Shown here piece after piece: positions 50,957 through 63,768 of a DNA stretch of 64,000 nucleotides. The DNA comes from Octopus sinensis (lineage: Eukaryota). Position 1 is the first letter of the stretch; the number at the start of each line of letters is the position of its first letter. The stretch lies in NCBI RefSeq assembly GCF_006345805.1, contig NC_043011.1, forward strand, positions 35,352,464 to 35,416,463, read 5' to 3'. Made by a program: the position numbers and the translations under genes. The notes beneath the pieces were generated by a model. It ran no database searches. It was not told the DNA's origin and was given only the letters and a program-made list of their open reading frames with translations.

Positions 50957-51241
50957 TATATATATATATATGAGTGGGTGTGTTATCTATGTAGGTATAT
51001 AATATATTATTTATATATATATATTATACACATACATATATATATAAGTTTATAGATAGATACATATAATACATACATATATATGTGTATACATATATAT
51101 AATATATATGTATGTATGTAGTATGTGTGTATACATTATATAAAATTATCTGTACATATATATATATATATTATATATATATATCTGTATTTAGAAATAG
51201 AGTAGGTAATATAAATATATACAAATATATAGATGCATATA

Positions 51242-51279
<38 letters not shown>

Positions 51280-51771
51280 TATGTATATATATATATATAT
51301 ACATGCACACACATATATAGATGTATATATATTCTCTGAAAAGAAAGTATCTAGAAGATGGGGAAGAAGAGCAAAAGTAGGAAAAACAGAGTAGAGAGAA
51401 AGCAAGTGAGCAAGCAGGAAAGAAGGACAAAAGAAAATGGCAGCTGTGTGAGTGCGAAGACAATGTAAACACGATATTGAAGATGTTCATCTGGGATATG
51501 GCTGGAAGGCCTGAAATCATGAAATAGAATTATGTTTCAAAAGGTGAAGCTGATGTAGATGGTGGAAGTATTGGCGGGAGGACTTTGCCGGCTTTGTCCC
51601 CAATTTTCTTTCCATTTTGCTTCAGAACGGGATTTTATGTTAGAAGAAATAAAATAATCACACATCGTGCGATATCGTGTTACATATGCCTGTATGTTTA
51701 TATGTATGTGTGTACACAGAGCATAGATATATGAATATATATATATACATACATACATATATATAAATATA

Positions 51772-51803
<32 letters not shown>

Positions 51804-51917
51804 GATATAGATATAGTTAATCCAAACATGAAAACACAAAGAGAAAACACAACAATGCAAGGATGTGGAACAAGTATAGTATTATTGGACACTCAGGAAA
51901 GAAGGAAAGAAGGAGGG

Positions 51918-51950
51918 TATAACGTTTCGAGCGAAGCTCTTCGTCAGAAA
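51918..51950 (-). ncRNA. Minimal hammerhead-like motif with weak helix I
   Basis: tt-CTGACGA-a-gagc(ttc)gctc-GAAA-CGTT-a. Confidence 0.45.
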
Positions 51951-52032
51951 CATAGGGAAAGGAAAGATCCAAAGAAAGGAAGACGGAGGAAAAAAAATCA
52001 TCAACGGTACACACACGGTCACATTTTGAGTC

Positions 52033-52063
<31 letters not shown>

Positions 52064-52121
52064 CATATATATATATACATATATATATATATGTATATGT
52101 CTATATATGTATATGTGCATA

Positions 52122-52985
52122 CTCAACAGTGTAAGTGCCGTGACAGAAAAGTTGGATTTAAGAAGCATCAGATGTGGTGTGCAAGAGAGACGACTGCACT
52201 GGTATGGTCATATGGTGAGAATAGATGAGGATAGCTGTATGAAAGAGTGTCACACCCTAGCAGTTGAGGGAACCTGTGGGAGAAGTAGACCCAAAAAGAC
52301 CAGGGATGAGGTGGTCAAGCATGACCTTCAAACATTAGGCCTCACTGAGGCAATGACTAGTGATCGAGACATTTGGAAATATGTTGTGCTTGAGATGATC
52401 CAGCAAGCCAAGTGAGACCATAACCCATGGCCTATGCCAGGAGTGTAACCAGCCCACTTATGCATACCTTTTCTTCATTGGACACTAAATTCTGCTTTCA
52501 AAGGCCTGTTGAGGCAAGTGAAATTGAAATCAAAATCAAATTCAATGACAGCACCACATGACTGGCATCTGTGCCAGTGGAGCTCTAAGAACACTTTCCA
52601 AGTGTGATCGTTGCTAGGGCTGCTAACTGGTTCCCATGCTGGTGGCATGTAAGAAGCACTATTTGAGTGTGATCATTACCAGTGTCGCCTTACTGGCACT
52701 TGTGCTGTTGGCACGCGAGCGAGGTCGTTGCCAGTGCCGCTGGACTGGTTCCTGTGCAGGTAGCATGTAACAAAACACCATTTGAGCATGGTTGTTGCCA
52801 GTACCGCCTGACTGGCTCTGGTGCCAGTGGCACGTAAAAGCACCCACTACACTCTTGGAGTGGTTGGCATTAGGAAGAGTATCCAGCTGTAGAAACTCTG
52901 CCAGATCAGGCTCGCCAGTCCTCAGTCAAATCGTCCAACCCATGCCAGCATGGAAAGCGGACATTAAACGATGATGATGATGATA
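52122..52985 (+). mobile_element. 5'-truncated RTE LINE (ORF C-terminus, long repeated 3' UTR, (GAT)n tail)
   Basis: ERRLHWYGHMVR...GRSRPKK...DRDIWK stops at 52415. Confidence 0.9.
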
Positions 52986-53023
52986 CATACCTATATCTAT
53001 ATCTGTATGTATCTATCTATATT

Positions 53024-53076
<53 letters not shown>

Positions 53077-53125
53077 TTATCTACCTATCTAGCTATCTCT
53101 CTCTTCCTCTCTCTCTCTATATATA

Positions 53126-53171
<46 letters not shown>

Positions 53172-53510
53172 TAGATAGATAGATACAGATATAGATATAT
53201 ATGTACATTCGTACATACATACATACATATATGTATCAATATTCATCTCTTTTCATCTGTCTATCTATATATATATACACATATATATGTATGTATATAT
53301 GGATACACAAATGCATATGTACATATGCATATATATATATACTTTTAAATATGTATATGCTTATATACATATATATATATAAATTTATAAATCTATTGTT
53401 ATATATATATTCATATTTGCATATATGTACGTACGCATATATACAAATATATATATACATGCATATATGCATATATATATATACAAATATATATATACAT
53501 GCATATATGC

Positions 53511-53542
<32 letters not shown>

Positions 53543-54165
53543 CACACCAACACATATATGTATGTATACATACACACGCACTCAAACATGTTTAAATACA
53601 AGGTTATTAGCAGTTCAAATATGTTTCAAGCATATTCGAACCCACAAGAAAACTATTCACTGTGTTTTGCTATGTATAATCACGCACACACATACACAAA
53701 CATTTATATATACACATATACAAACAATCAGAAGATAAACCACAACATTCCACCATCAACCATCATCTCCCCCCCTACCCACCACCATGACAGTCTATCA
53801 ACCATTGCAGACAAGAAGAAGAAGAACAACAACAGCAACCATACCATCAAGCACACTAGCTACAACAGTAGCCACAACATCAACCACACAGTCATATATC
53901 TATTTCTAAATGTTAAGTTTATTTTCAAACACTTTCAAATTGCCCTGGCTTTACAGAGCTCCTCCTACCCATCTTTCTCCTTACATTTCCTCCTACCATC
54001 TTTCTGTACGATATTCCCTCTTCTCTTCCTGCCCCTTCATCTCTTTCTCTCTTGCTCTTTCCTCTTTTTCTCCCTCCCCCACGCCCACTGATCATTGTTA
54101 CATGGTGATCTTTTGAAGTATACAACATGAAAATGCTGTGTTTTCCGATGGCAAAAATCACTTAC

Positions 54166-54189
54166 CTCGGCTCATATTGGCACAGTTGC
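54166..54189 (-). CDS. Candidate 24-nt microexon (QLCQYEP-R), frame-compatible with 50198-50293
   Basis: Acceptor ctgttatacag, consensus donor gag|gtaagt. Confidence 0.3.
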
Positions 54190-54697
54190 CTGTATAACAG
54201 TACAATTTCATAATGGTAATTCTTAATTCTATGCTGTTATTATCAAGAGGTTTTGCATTTGGTGATTCCTATGAAGTTGACATTAAATATTCATGCAAAT
54301 TTGACAATCTGAAGGGAAATAATTCTTTTTAATACAACTTCATTTTCTATTTCTATCTTCCCTCATCTTGTGTTAAATGCATTTTGATTTCATGTATCGA
54401 TATGCACATGTCAGCCATTTTCCTCTCTCTCACTCCCACTCTCTCTATGCACGTATATACATGTGTGTGTATGTGAGTGTGTGTGTGTGTGTGTCTGTGT
54501 CTGTGTGTGTTCTTGTGTCCATTTTTATATGTACAAACATATGTAAGTATATATGTTTATATATATATATATGTTTACATGCACGTGTTTGTGTGCATTT
54601 TTATATGTACATAGACATATGGACATATACATATATTTATATTTTTATGTGCATGTGTTTGTGCGTGAGTGTGTGCATGAGTGTATGTGTGTGTGTA

Positions 54698-54728
<31 letters not shown>

Positions 54729-55080
54729 TCACTTATACAAACACACATATATTCAGTGAGTTTGATGTGTGGGAATTTGCAGCTTCCATAAGTCACAACC
54801 AACGAAATTTTAAATGATTTATGCATTCTTAGTTTTAACAATATGCATATATACATACATAAATACATACATATATACATACATAAATGCATACATAAAT
54901 GCAGACATATATACGTGTGTGTGTGTGTGGTGTGTGCATGCGTGTGTGTGTTGGGGGGTGCATAAGTATGCATATATATGTATATAGGTGAGTATGATGT
55001 GTGTTGAAACTCTAACATTAGGATTTTGAATAAAACTAGAATAAACATAAAATTCTTTACATATTTTCATTTAGGTTTAA

Positions 55081-55286
55081 CACTTTCATTACCATATTTA
55101 TTTTGAGATGCTCTGTGTTTCTTTCAATTAATTTTAAATATAACTAAGAATTTAGTAAAATAACCTAATTATCATTCAGCTAGTGTTAAGAGCATAAATT
55201 GGAAGATTTTAATTCAAAACTTATGAAAACAAGACATTTGTACCACAGAGCCAGAGGCAGTTTCAGTTAGGCTGATATCAAAAGGG
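55081..55286. mobile_element. piggyBac-type MITE, diverged
   Basis: ttaa|cacttt...aaaggg|ttac; paralog of 55318-55539. Confidence 0.7.
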
Positions 55287-55317
55287 TTACTATTTGCTTC
55301 TCTATTATATATTTTAA

Positions 55318-55539
55318 CCCTTTTGTTACCATATTTCTGTTGAAATGCTTTATGTTGCTTTCAATTAATTTTAAATGTAACAAAGAATTTATTAAAATAC
55401 CTTAGTTATCATTAAGCTAGTGATAGGAACATAAATTGTGATTAAGGTTTGGTGGAAGATTTTAATTCAAAACTTATGAAAAGAATACATTTGTACTACA
55501 GAGCCAGAGGTGGTTTCAGGCAGGTTGGTATCTAAAGGG
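55318..55539. mobile_element. piggyBac-type MITE (222 bp)
   Basis: TTAA|cccttt...aaaggg|TTAA. Confidence 0.8.
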
Positions 55540-56314
55540 TTAATCATTGATACCAAAATGAAATATGTCAACTTTCTTGATGTCAGCCTTGGACCTCCCA
55601 TTTTCTATGCTATTCTTTTCACAAATTGAACATGACAGTAAGTTATTAGCATAAGATGTTTACCCATTCTAGGTATTTCTTAATCTAGTTAAGAATGTTT
55701 CACTCAGAATATCCAGCTCTTATCCTAATGATAAAGCTCTAAAACATAACAGTTTGAGATGCAAAAATAAACAACTTTTGAATCTTCTTAAGAAGCAGAT
55801 AACCATAGAAACAGGAAAAGACTCATTAACTGGAATAATCCCCACCAGAATTTAAAAACAGTCATATACAAATTAAATTTTTTTCTTTTCAATTTCCACA
55901 ACATTTATATAATAATATTTCTGGTAGGAATGTTATAGATATCACATACTTCAAAACTCTCAAAGTCTACCTATCTGTCATCTCCTCAAATTCTTTAAGC
56001 TTAACAAAACTACTGCTCTTCTACTTCTCCCAATAATTGTATCTGTACCAACCTCTCTGCGTTCCTTCGAAACTAGAACTGCATGTCAAGAGACATAGTA
56101 TATCAATATAAAGTAAATATTGTTAACAATATAAAAACATATATAAGCCTTATTGCAAGTCTGTTTAAAATAAGGTATGATCAACAAACATCTGAGAACA
56201 CAAAAGTGAAGATATTCCTCAGAGCTTGAACTAGAATATCAATATCAAACTAAGCCTTACACAGGTGGTAGAAGGTCACACAGACTGCATGTAAATATAA
56301 TATATAATATATAT

Positions 56315-56433
56315 ATCACCTTGATCACCTTGACCGACCAGTCCGTCAGGCGTCCATTTGACACCGCTGGTCACAGCACGCTGTCCACTCCTCTCTGGAT
56401 TGTGCCTTTCTCATCCACGTGATCCCAATCAAT
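56315..56433 (-). mobile_element. 3' tip of an RTE-type LINE
   Basis: GITWMRKAQSREEWTACC..; tail ctgacggactggtcggtcaaggtgatcaaggtgatatat. Confidence 0.7.
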
Positions 56434-56443
56434 ATATATATAT

Positions 56444-56516
<73 letters not shown>

Positions 56517-57164
56517 CGTATACATATGTTGATAAATGTATTTATGAATGTATGTATATATATATGTATACACATACACATGCATCTACACAAACACACA
56601 CATACACTCACACAATACACACACCTATACTCACATGATACACACACATACACTCACACAGTACACACACACGCACACATGATATGATATATATTTGCAT
56701 GTATGACTGCACTAGGTAACATACATTCTATTCATTTGAACATTGCTTTCTATCAACAAGTATTTTTGTTGGTGCCAAGCTGCAAATTAATCACAGTTTC
56801 CACCTGTCATATTTTCAGCAATAATTCTGTATTTAATCTTCATACAATGTAACTTTCACCTGAGGCTAAATGTTGACTGCATATTTTATTCCTGTGTTTA
56901 AGAGAAAAATAAATCAATTTCTTGTTTAATTTTCTCAAACATTTCCAAATAAAGGCACCTAACAAATAAAATAAATTGACAATTTTGGAATTATATTTTT
57001 AATTTGCTCAATATTTTCCCAGGTACTTGTATTTAATGAAAAAAATGTAATGAATGGACTCACTCAGATATCATGGAACAGGTTAAAAATTAAAGTTCCT
57101 TGAAGATTTCAGTTTTGTAATATGTCATGCTCATGTATTTTCTATAACTAGATACTACTGATGT

Positions 57165-57511
57165 GGTTGTGAGGTTTAGAAGCTTGCTTTCCAGCCATGT
57201 GATTTTTGAGAAGTTGTCTTCTATGCCCTAGGTCAACCAAGGCATTATGAGAGGATTTGGTAGATGGAAATTGAAAGAAGCCCATTGTATATGTGTGTGT
57301 GTTTGTGTGTATCTTTGCCTTGATATCACGTAATGGTTGTATACAAGCACATTGTTCATTTCTAGTCTACCGTGAATAATATCTGACCATGGGAAAAATT
57401 ACTTGGCCTGAAAAACAGAGAGCATTAATAATGGGAATTGCATCCAGCCATAAAAAACCTGCCTCAACAAATTCTTTTTGTCCCATGCAAGCATAGAAAA
57501 GAAGACATTAA
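57165..57511 (+). mobile_element. SINE family 1 head with RTE-like tail
   Basis: Decayed family-1 head, then gcatccagccataaaa...cccatgcaagcatagaaaagaagacattaa. Confidence 0.65.
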
Positions 57512-57777
57512 CACTAAAAATACCAACATTTCTTACTTCCTACAAGGACCATAGCGGCCATTTTTGACCGGCGTTGGAAATTTTTATTTAATATAATATA
57601 TTTTAAATATAATCTAATGCAGTGAATAAAGGATTTGAAAATACATTCTTTTAGCATTTATTTGCATACATAAAGATATATATACACATGATGCTCATGA
57701 TTGCACATTCGATGGTCATAGAAATTAAAAATTAAAAAGTAAAAGTGGTCAGAAGTGACCACCTGGTACTTCTAGTG
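57512..57777. mobile_element. piggyBac-type MITE (266 bp), second family
   Basis: TTAA|cactaaaaatacc ... ggtacttctagtg|TTAA. Confidence 0.75.
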
Positions 57778-57869
57778 TTAAATGATGATATTTATAAGGA
57801 TGACATATGGTCTGTTCACAAGGCAGAAACCCCAGCATTCTCGTTATTTTCCTTTCGCTGTTGTAATCA

Positions 57870-58090
57870 TTATTTCTACTCTAGGCACAAGACCTTGAAA
57901 ATTTTGGGGGCAGGAAGCTAGTCGATTATACTGACCCCCAGTGCATAACTGGTGTTTATTTCATCGACTCTAAAAGGATGAAAAGCAGAGTTAACCTTGG
58001 TGGAATTTGAACTCAGAACGTAGTGGTAGACAAAATACTGTTAAGCATCTCACCCAGTGTGCTAACAATTCTGCCAGCTCACCATCTTTG
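57870..58090 (-). mobile_element. SINE family 2 (cttgtgcctagagtagaa tail), decayed
   Basis: Reverse match to 34945-35500 with the nested SINE removed. Confidence 0.8.
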
Positions 58091-58142
58091 CTGTTGTTAT
58101 TATGTCCCTAAGTCTTGTCATCTAAAATTTGAGAGAAAATAA

Positions 58143-58530
58143 TCAGGCGCGGGAGTGGCTGTGTGGTAAGTAGCTTGCTAACCAACCACATGGTTTTGGG
58201 TTCAGTCCTACTGTGTGACACCTTGGGTGAGTGTCTTCTACTATAGCCTCAGGCCAACCAAAGACTTGTGAGTGGAATTGGTAGATGGAAACTGAAAGAA
58301 GCCCATTGTATATGTGTGTGTGTGTATGTTTGTGTTTGTCCCCCCAGCATTGCATGACAACTGATGCTGGTGTGTTTACATCCCCGTAACTTAGCAGTTT
58401 GGCAAAAGAGACTGATAGAATAAGTACTAGGCTTACAAAGAATAAGTCCTGGGTCGATTTGCTTGACTAAAGGCAGTGCTCCAGCATGGGCACAGTCAAA
58501 GGACTGAAACAAGTAAAAGAAAAGAAAAAA
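58143..58530 (+). mobile_element. SINE family 1, full length, CpG-decayed
   Basis: Colinear with 1403-1810. Confidence 0.9.
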
Positions 58531-58947
58531 AGAAATGGTAAGAATACAAGAGATGCCTTTTTGCAGACATACATATATGTATATGCTTTCTTATATCTTT
58601 CAATAAGCCCTGCCATCGTTTTCCCAGAAGTTGAGATCTTTATGAATCCTTAAGAATCCATGAAATCCACAACAAAATGCTTATCATGAGTTCCTTTTGG
58701 CTCTGTTCATCTTTCTTTCAAGTGTTTTATAAGTCCAACATTACATTTATATTTATGTGCGATACCTAAAATATATATTCTATATTTCACTTTTGCATAA
58801 GAAAGTTTTGGATTTCTCAAAAATCGTCTTCCAAATCTGAGGTCATTAAGTTGGTACCCCTGATGTTGCCAATTCCTGTTAAGCCATCCAACCTGTGCCA
58901 ACATTAAAAATGGACATTAAATATTGATGGTAATGATGATGATGATA

Positions 58948-58983
<36 letters not shown>

Positions 58984-59229
58984 TCTCATTTTTTTTTATA
59001 AAGTGGGTAAAGCAAAAATTCTTCTGGCCCATCAACAAGCTTCATGACAACAGTTAATTTTGGTTTTATTTCTTGCCATAGGGATTACAGAACATTCCAG
59101 TAATTGTCACCGACAGCCCTGCTAAACATTAATCCCCATCCCCAATCAAAACATGAATATTTTGTATATCCACCTTGTAAATCAATCATGAAATCAATCA
59201 TCTTGATGTACCGTTGTTTCGAGAAGATA

Positions 59230-59640
59230 TGATGGAGATGCTGAAAAATTCTTGGCTTTGGTAAAAGAAAATACAGAAAGATCAGTTAATTATGTAAAAT
59301 TAATATTCTTCCAAAGAGCCTGAGGAACCTGCACAAAGTAGATGTAGGCATTTTTAAATCAAGGCTGGACCTCTTCCTGTCGAGAGTCTAAGATGAAACT
59401 ACCTCACGGCAAGAGGTGCAAATGAGGGTAGCTACATCAAACTCCATTCTTCCTCAAGTGCCACATATTGGAGGAGGTTCTCAGTAATAACAGTGTAGCA
59501 ATACGGTGGTGCATCAGCATGGCTGCAGCTCTGAGCTGAAACTACAGAAAAAACCCCAAAAGAACTCAGAAAGTTGGGGCCTCCAACCAGCCTTTTGCAA
59601 TACCCTTAAAGCTAGGATTTTTTCAGCACATCTTCATACA
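59230..59640. mobile_element. MITE (family of 32893) interrupted by a CR1-like LINE 3' fragment (~59305-59550)
   Basis: PKSLRNLHKVDVGIFKSRLDLFLSRV lies inside the two MITE halves. Confidence 0.7.
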
Positions 59641-60068
59641 TATATATATATATCATCATCATCATCACCACACAATGGGGTGCTGAAAAGCTCCTGTCTC
59701 TGGATGAAAGAAAATACAGTGGGCTTAGTTAATTAAGGTTTTACTCATCATATTCCCCTCACAGATTCACACACACTTATTGCAGCAGTCCTTCAGTTTT
59801 TCTAATCCCTGTAAAAGAACTCAGAAATTTGGGCCGCCAGTCAGATTTTTGCAAAACCCTTAAAGCCAGGAACTTTTCGGTGACCTCTTGAATAATTGAA
59901 GGATATGATCGTGGTTTATTTTGCATATAAAAGCTATTTGTATAGGGTTGTATATTTTAGGGCCATCAGGCAGTCATGTAGGTATAAGGGTGAGAATGTG
60001 CTTGGTGCATTGCAGATTTTAGCTGTCATGAGATTTTTGTTATACATTACTACATGTAGTATGATACT

Positions 60069-60147
<79 letters not shown>

Positions 60148-60199
60148 TGTGTGTGTGTGTGTGTGTGTATCTATATATATAGTATGTGTATATATATTG

Positions 60200-60532
60200 C
60201 TGAGACATCCTTCAGTCATGACTGACCATGGGATTGTACCTAGGAAGTTACTCTCCCAGGCACAACTCTAGGCAAGGTTGTTTATGGAAGACCAGCAGTC
60301 GCCCATGCATAATGGCCTCCCCTCTCCACGCCACCAGTGTTATCCAAGGGAAAGGCAAAGGCCGATATAGCTTGTCACCAGTGACATCACAACTCATTTC
60401 TACAGCAACGTGAAATAAAGTGTCTTGCTCAAGAACACAACACACAGCCCGTTCTGGGATTCGAACTCACAACCTCATGATTGTAAGCTCGATGCTCTAA
60501 CCACTGAGCCATGTACCTTCACATGTATGTGC
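60200..60532 (-). mobile_element. tRNA-derived SINE family 4
   Basis: Head atggctcagtggttagagcatcg..gagttcgaatcc; gtgttgtgttcttgagcaagacac core; a related fragment lies at 40470-40690. Confidence 0.8.
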
Positions 60533-60559
60533 ATCTTGATGCTGACATAAGTTCCTTGT

Positions 60560-60642
60560 TTTTCCTGATGAGAAGGCGGCATAATGCACCCCTTATTCCT
60601 TCGAAATTAGGAATATGCAGCCTTCGAAACATATGTCGAAAA
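60560..60642 (+). ncRNA. Type I hammerhead ribozyme, canonical core with GUC cleavage site
   Basis: ttttc-CTGATGA-gaaggcggcata...tatgcagccttc-GAAA-C(atat)GTC-gaaaa; predicted cleavage after 60637. Confidence 0.85.
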
Positions 60643-60833
60643 TAAAGGAATTTTGTTAATTCGTCGTTCAACTCCATTCTTTCATTTATATGTATATATG
60701 TTTATATGTATATATGTATTCCTTCGAAATTAGGAATATGCAGCCTTCGAAACATATGTCGAAAATAAAGGAATTTTGTTAATTCGTCGTTCAACTCCAT
60801 TCTTTCATTTATATGTATATATGTTTATATGTA

Positions 60834-60839
<6 letters not shown>
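60594..60839 (+). repeat. Exact 123-bp tandem duplication containing the 3' half of the ribozyme
   Basis: tattccttcg begins at 60594 and at 60717. Confidence 0.95.
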
Positions 60840-60899
<60 letters not shown>

Positions 60900-61086
60900 G
60901 TGTGTGTGTGTGTGGTGTGTGTGTATATATATCTGTGTGTGAGTGTATGTGCATATGCTTATAATAACTAATCTGTCTACTTATATATGTGTGTCTATAA
61001 ATATAGGTTGGACATTAAATGATGATATATAATATACATACGTACATATATATTGGTATGTATGTACCTCTCACTCTCTCTCTCTC

Positions 61087-61125
<39 letters not shown>

Positions 61126-61265
61126 ATGTATGCATGCTCAAATATAGTCACATTTAGAAGCAAAGAGTTCAGCTCATTAGAATTGGAATTTTCCAGTATT
61201 TTTACCCTGAACTCAAACATTTACGCATCTACCATCACCCCATGCATCCACGAGCTTACTACTTT

Positions 61266-61296
<31 letters not shown>

Positions 61297-61789
61297 ACAT
61301 ACATACATACATACATACATACACATACATACATACATCCATACATACATACATACACATACATACATACATACATACATATATACATACATGCATACAT
61401 ACATATATACATACACACATACATATATACATACATGCATACGTACATACATACATACATTCATATGTAAATATATATAATCTGCTCACACAGACATGCA
61501 TACACACACACACACACACACACAGACATATATATACATACTATGCATACTCATATACACATGTGCATATACGCATATAATAATATCTTACAAGATAATT
61601 CTTATTCAACGAAGTTCTAACAATCTAATTAGTTACAAATTTATTCCACTTGAGGGTTTTTAAATTCATTTATTTCCCAACTTCATTATATAATCTTAAC
61701 TGGTTAGCAGTACTCAACGCAGGTGATTAGCAAATGGTCTGTACTGTTGTCAATATAAATCAGAACCACCATGCGCCCCTTATTCCTGA

Positions 61790-62735
61790 CTCTCGTTATC
61801 ATCATCAACATCATCATCATCATCATCATCGTCGTCGTCGTCACCACAACTCCCCACCACCACTGCCACCACAATCACTGCTGCTGCCGCCACCATTGTC
61901 ATCTTCATCGTCTTTGCCACACCCGCCACCATCACTGCCCTGGCTGTCATTAGCATCGTTGTTGTTGCTGTCGTTGTCATCATCATCGTGGTTGTCATCG
62001 TCAGCGTCATCATCACTGTCATCGTCACCATCATCATCATCATCATCATCATCATTGTCATCATCACCAAAGTCATCATTGTTGTTCTTGCTATTATTAT
62101 TAATATTATTATTATTATTATTATCATCATCATTATTATTATTATTATTATCATCATTATTATTATCATGTGCTGGCTTCATTAGGATATACTTATGAGA
62201 GTTTTGTAGTTCCCTCTGTATGAACATGTTATGAAAGTACATTTGACTCTAATAGGTATTCTTAAAATAACTCTCATAAAGACATAGCATATTCTAATAA
62301 AGCCGCCATTACCATCATCATCATCATCGCCACCAGCATCATCGTCATCGACGTCATCATCGCCACCACCACCACCATCATCATCATCATCGTTGTCATC
62401 ATTGTCGTCGTCATTGTCGTCGTCATCATCATCATCACCATCAGCATCATCGTCATTGATGTCATCATTGCCAACATCACCACCACCATCGTCGTTGTCG
62501 TAGTTGCTGTCATCGTTGTTGTCATCATCATTGTCATCATCATCATTATCATTGATGTCATCATCACCACCACCACCACCACCACCACCATCATCATCGT
62601 CATCATCGCCACCACCACCACTACCACCATCATCATCTTGTCGTCATCATCATCATTGTCATCATCATCATCATCGTCATCATCATCACCATCACCATCA
62701 CCACCATCACCATCACCATCATCACCATCATCATC
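61790..62735. repeat. Two degenerate (CAT/CAC/CGT/ATT)n trinucleotide blocks
   Basis: Direct reading. Confidence 0.9.
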
Positions 62736-62737
62736 AG

Positions 62738-63075
62738 ACAGAATCAATAGTGCGCCAGACAAAACCCTTAGCAGCATTTATTTTGGTGCTCTACATTCTG
62801 GGTTCTAATCCAGCTGAAGTTGACTGTGCCAGTCATCCTTTTCAAGTCAATAAAATAATACTAGTTGTGCACTGGGGTCGATATAATCAACTTAACACCT
62901 CCTTTGAAATTGCTGGCGTTGTGCCAAAATTAGAAAGAGTTATTATTATTGGGTAGTGAGCTGGCAGAATTGTTAGCATGCCACACAAAATGCTTAGTGG
63001 CATTTCATCTATCTTTATGTTCTGAGTTCAAATTCTACTGAGGTCAACTTTACCCTTCATCTTTTTGGAGTCGAT
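62738..63075 (+). mobile_element. Two tandem decayed SINE family 2 copies; the first has a ttgtgccaaaattagaaa(att)n tail
   Basis: Heads at ~62740 and ~62955. Confidence 0.7.
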
Positions 63076-63379
63076 AAAACATGTACGAGTCAGGTAGTGG
63101 AGTTGACTGCTCCAATGCACAAAATTTCAGAACATAAAAACTGAAATAGTATATGGTAGAATTTTTCTGATACTCAAATGATTCATCCAATTAATTTTCC
63201 CTCCTATAGATTTCAATTTAGGCACAAAATCAGCAATTATTTGACTTGTACTTCAGAAAAGATGGAAGGCAAAACTGACTTAGGAAGGATTTGAACTCAG
63301 AATTTAAAGAGCTATTATACGCTTAACTGATATGATGCTCTTGTGTATTATGACAATCTAAATAACATTTATGACAGTG

Positions 63380-63768
63380 GAGAGGCTGGCAGCAAATTTT
63401 TGAACTGAGAGTTATACCAGACCCCGAATTGGATGTTCTTGCATTGTTCCAAAGGTCCCCAGCTGACACATTTACAGTGAGGACCATGTACTGCAATATC
63501 TAGGGATTCAAGGGCCCACAGCTATTTAACATATTGCCAAAACATATGAGGGATCTTCATGGAGTTGGGGTAAATGTTTTCAGGAAACCATTTCACTTCT
63601 TCTTATCCAATGCTCCAGTCGAACCCATATCAAGGCTGGAGATGCAAAAGGGGGCAGCAGTGTCAAACTCCCTCCTTCACCAAAAGCCAATCACGTAAGA
63701 TTGACCACTGAAAAGGTGATTACAATGGCGGTGCTCCAGTTTGGCCACATATAAAAGAATAAAAGAAC
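63380..63768 (+). mobile_element. CR1-like LINE 3' fragment
   Basis: FKGPQLFNILPKHMRDLHGVGVNVFRK..FLSNAPVEP; tail ggcggtgctccag..ggcc..aaaagaataaaag. Confidence 0.7.

Noticed and set aside
51395-51525. LKMFIWDMAGRPE resembling a small-GTPase G3 motif (plus strand)
   Set aside because: No P-loop upstream, a stop 4 codons later and no convincing splice sites.
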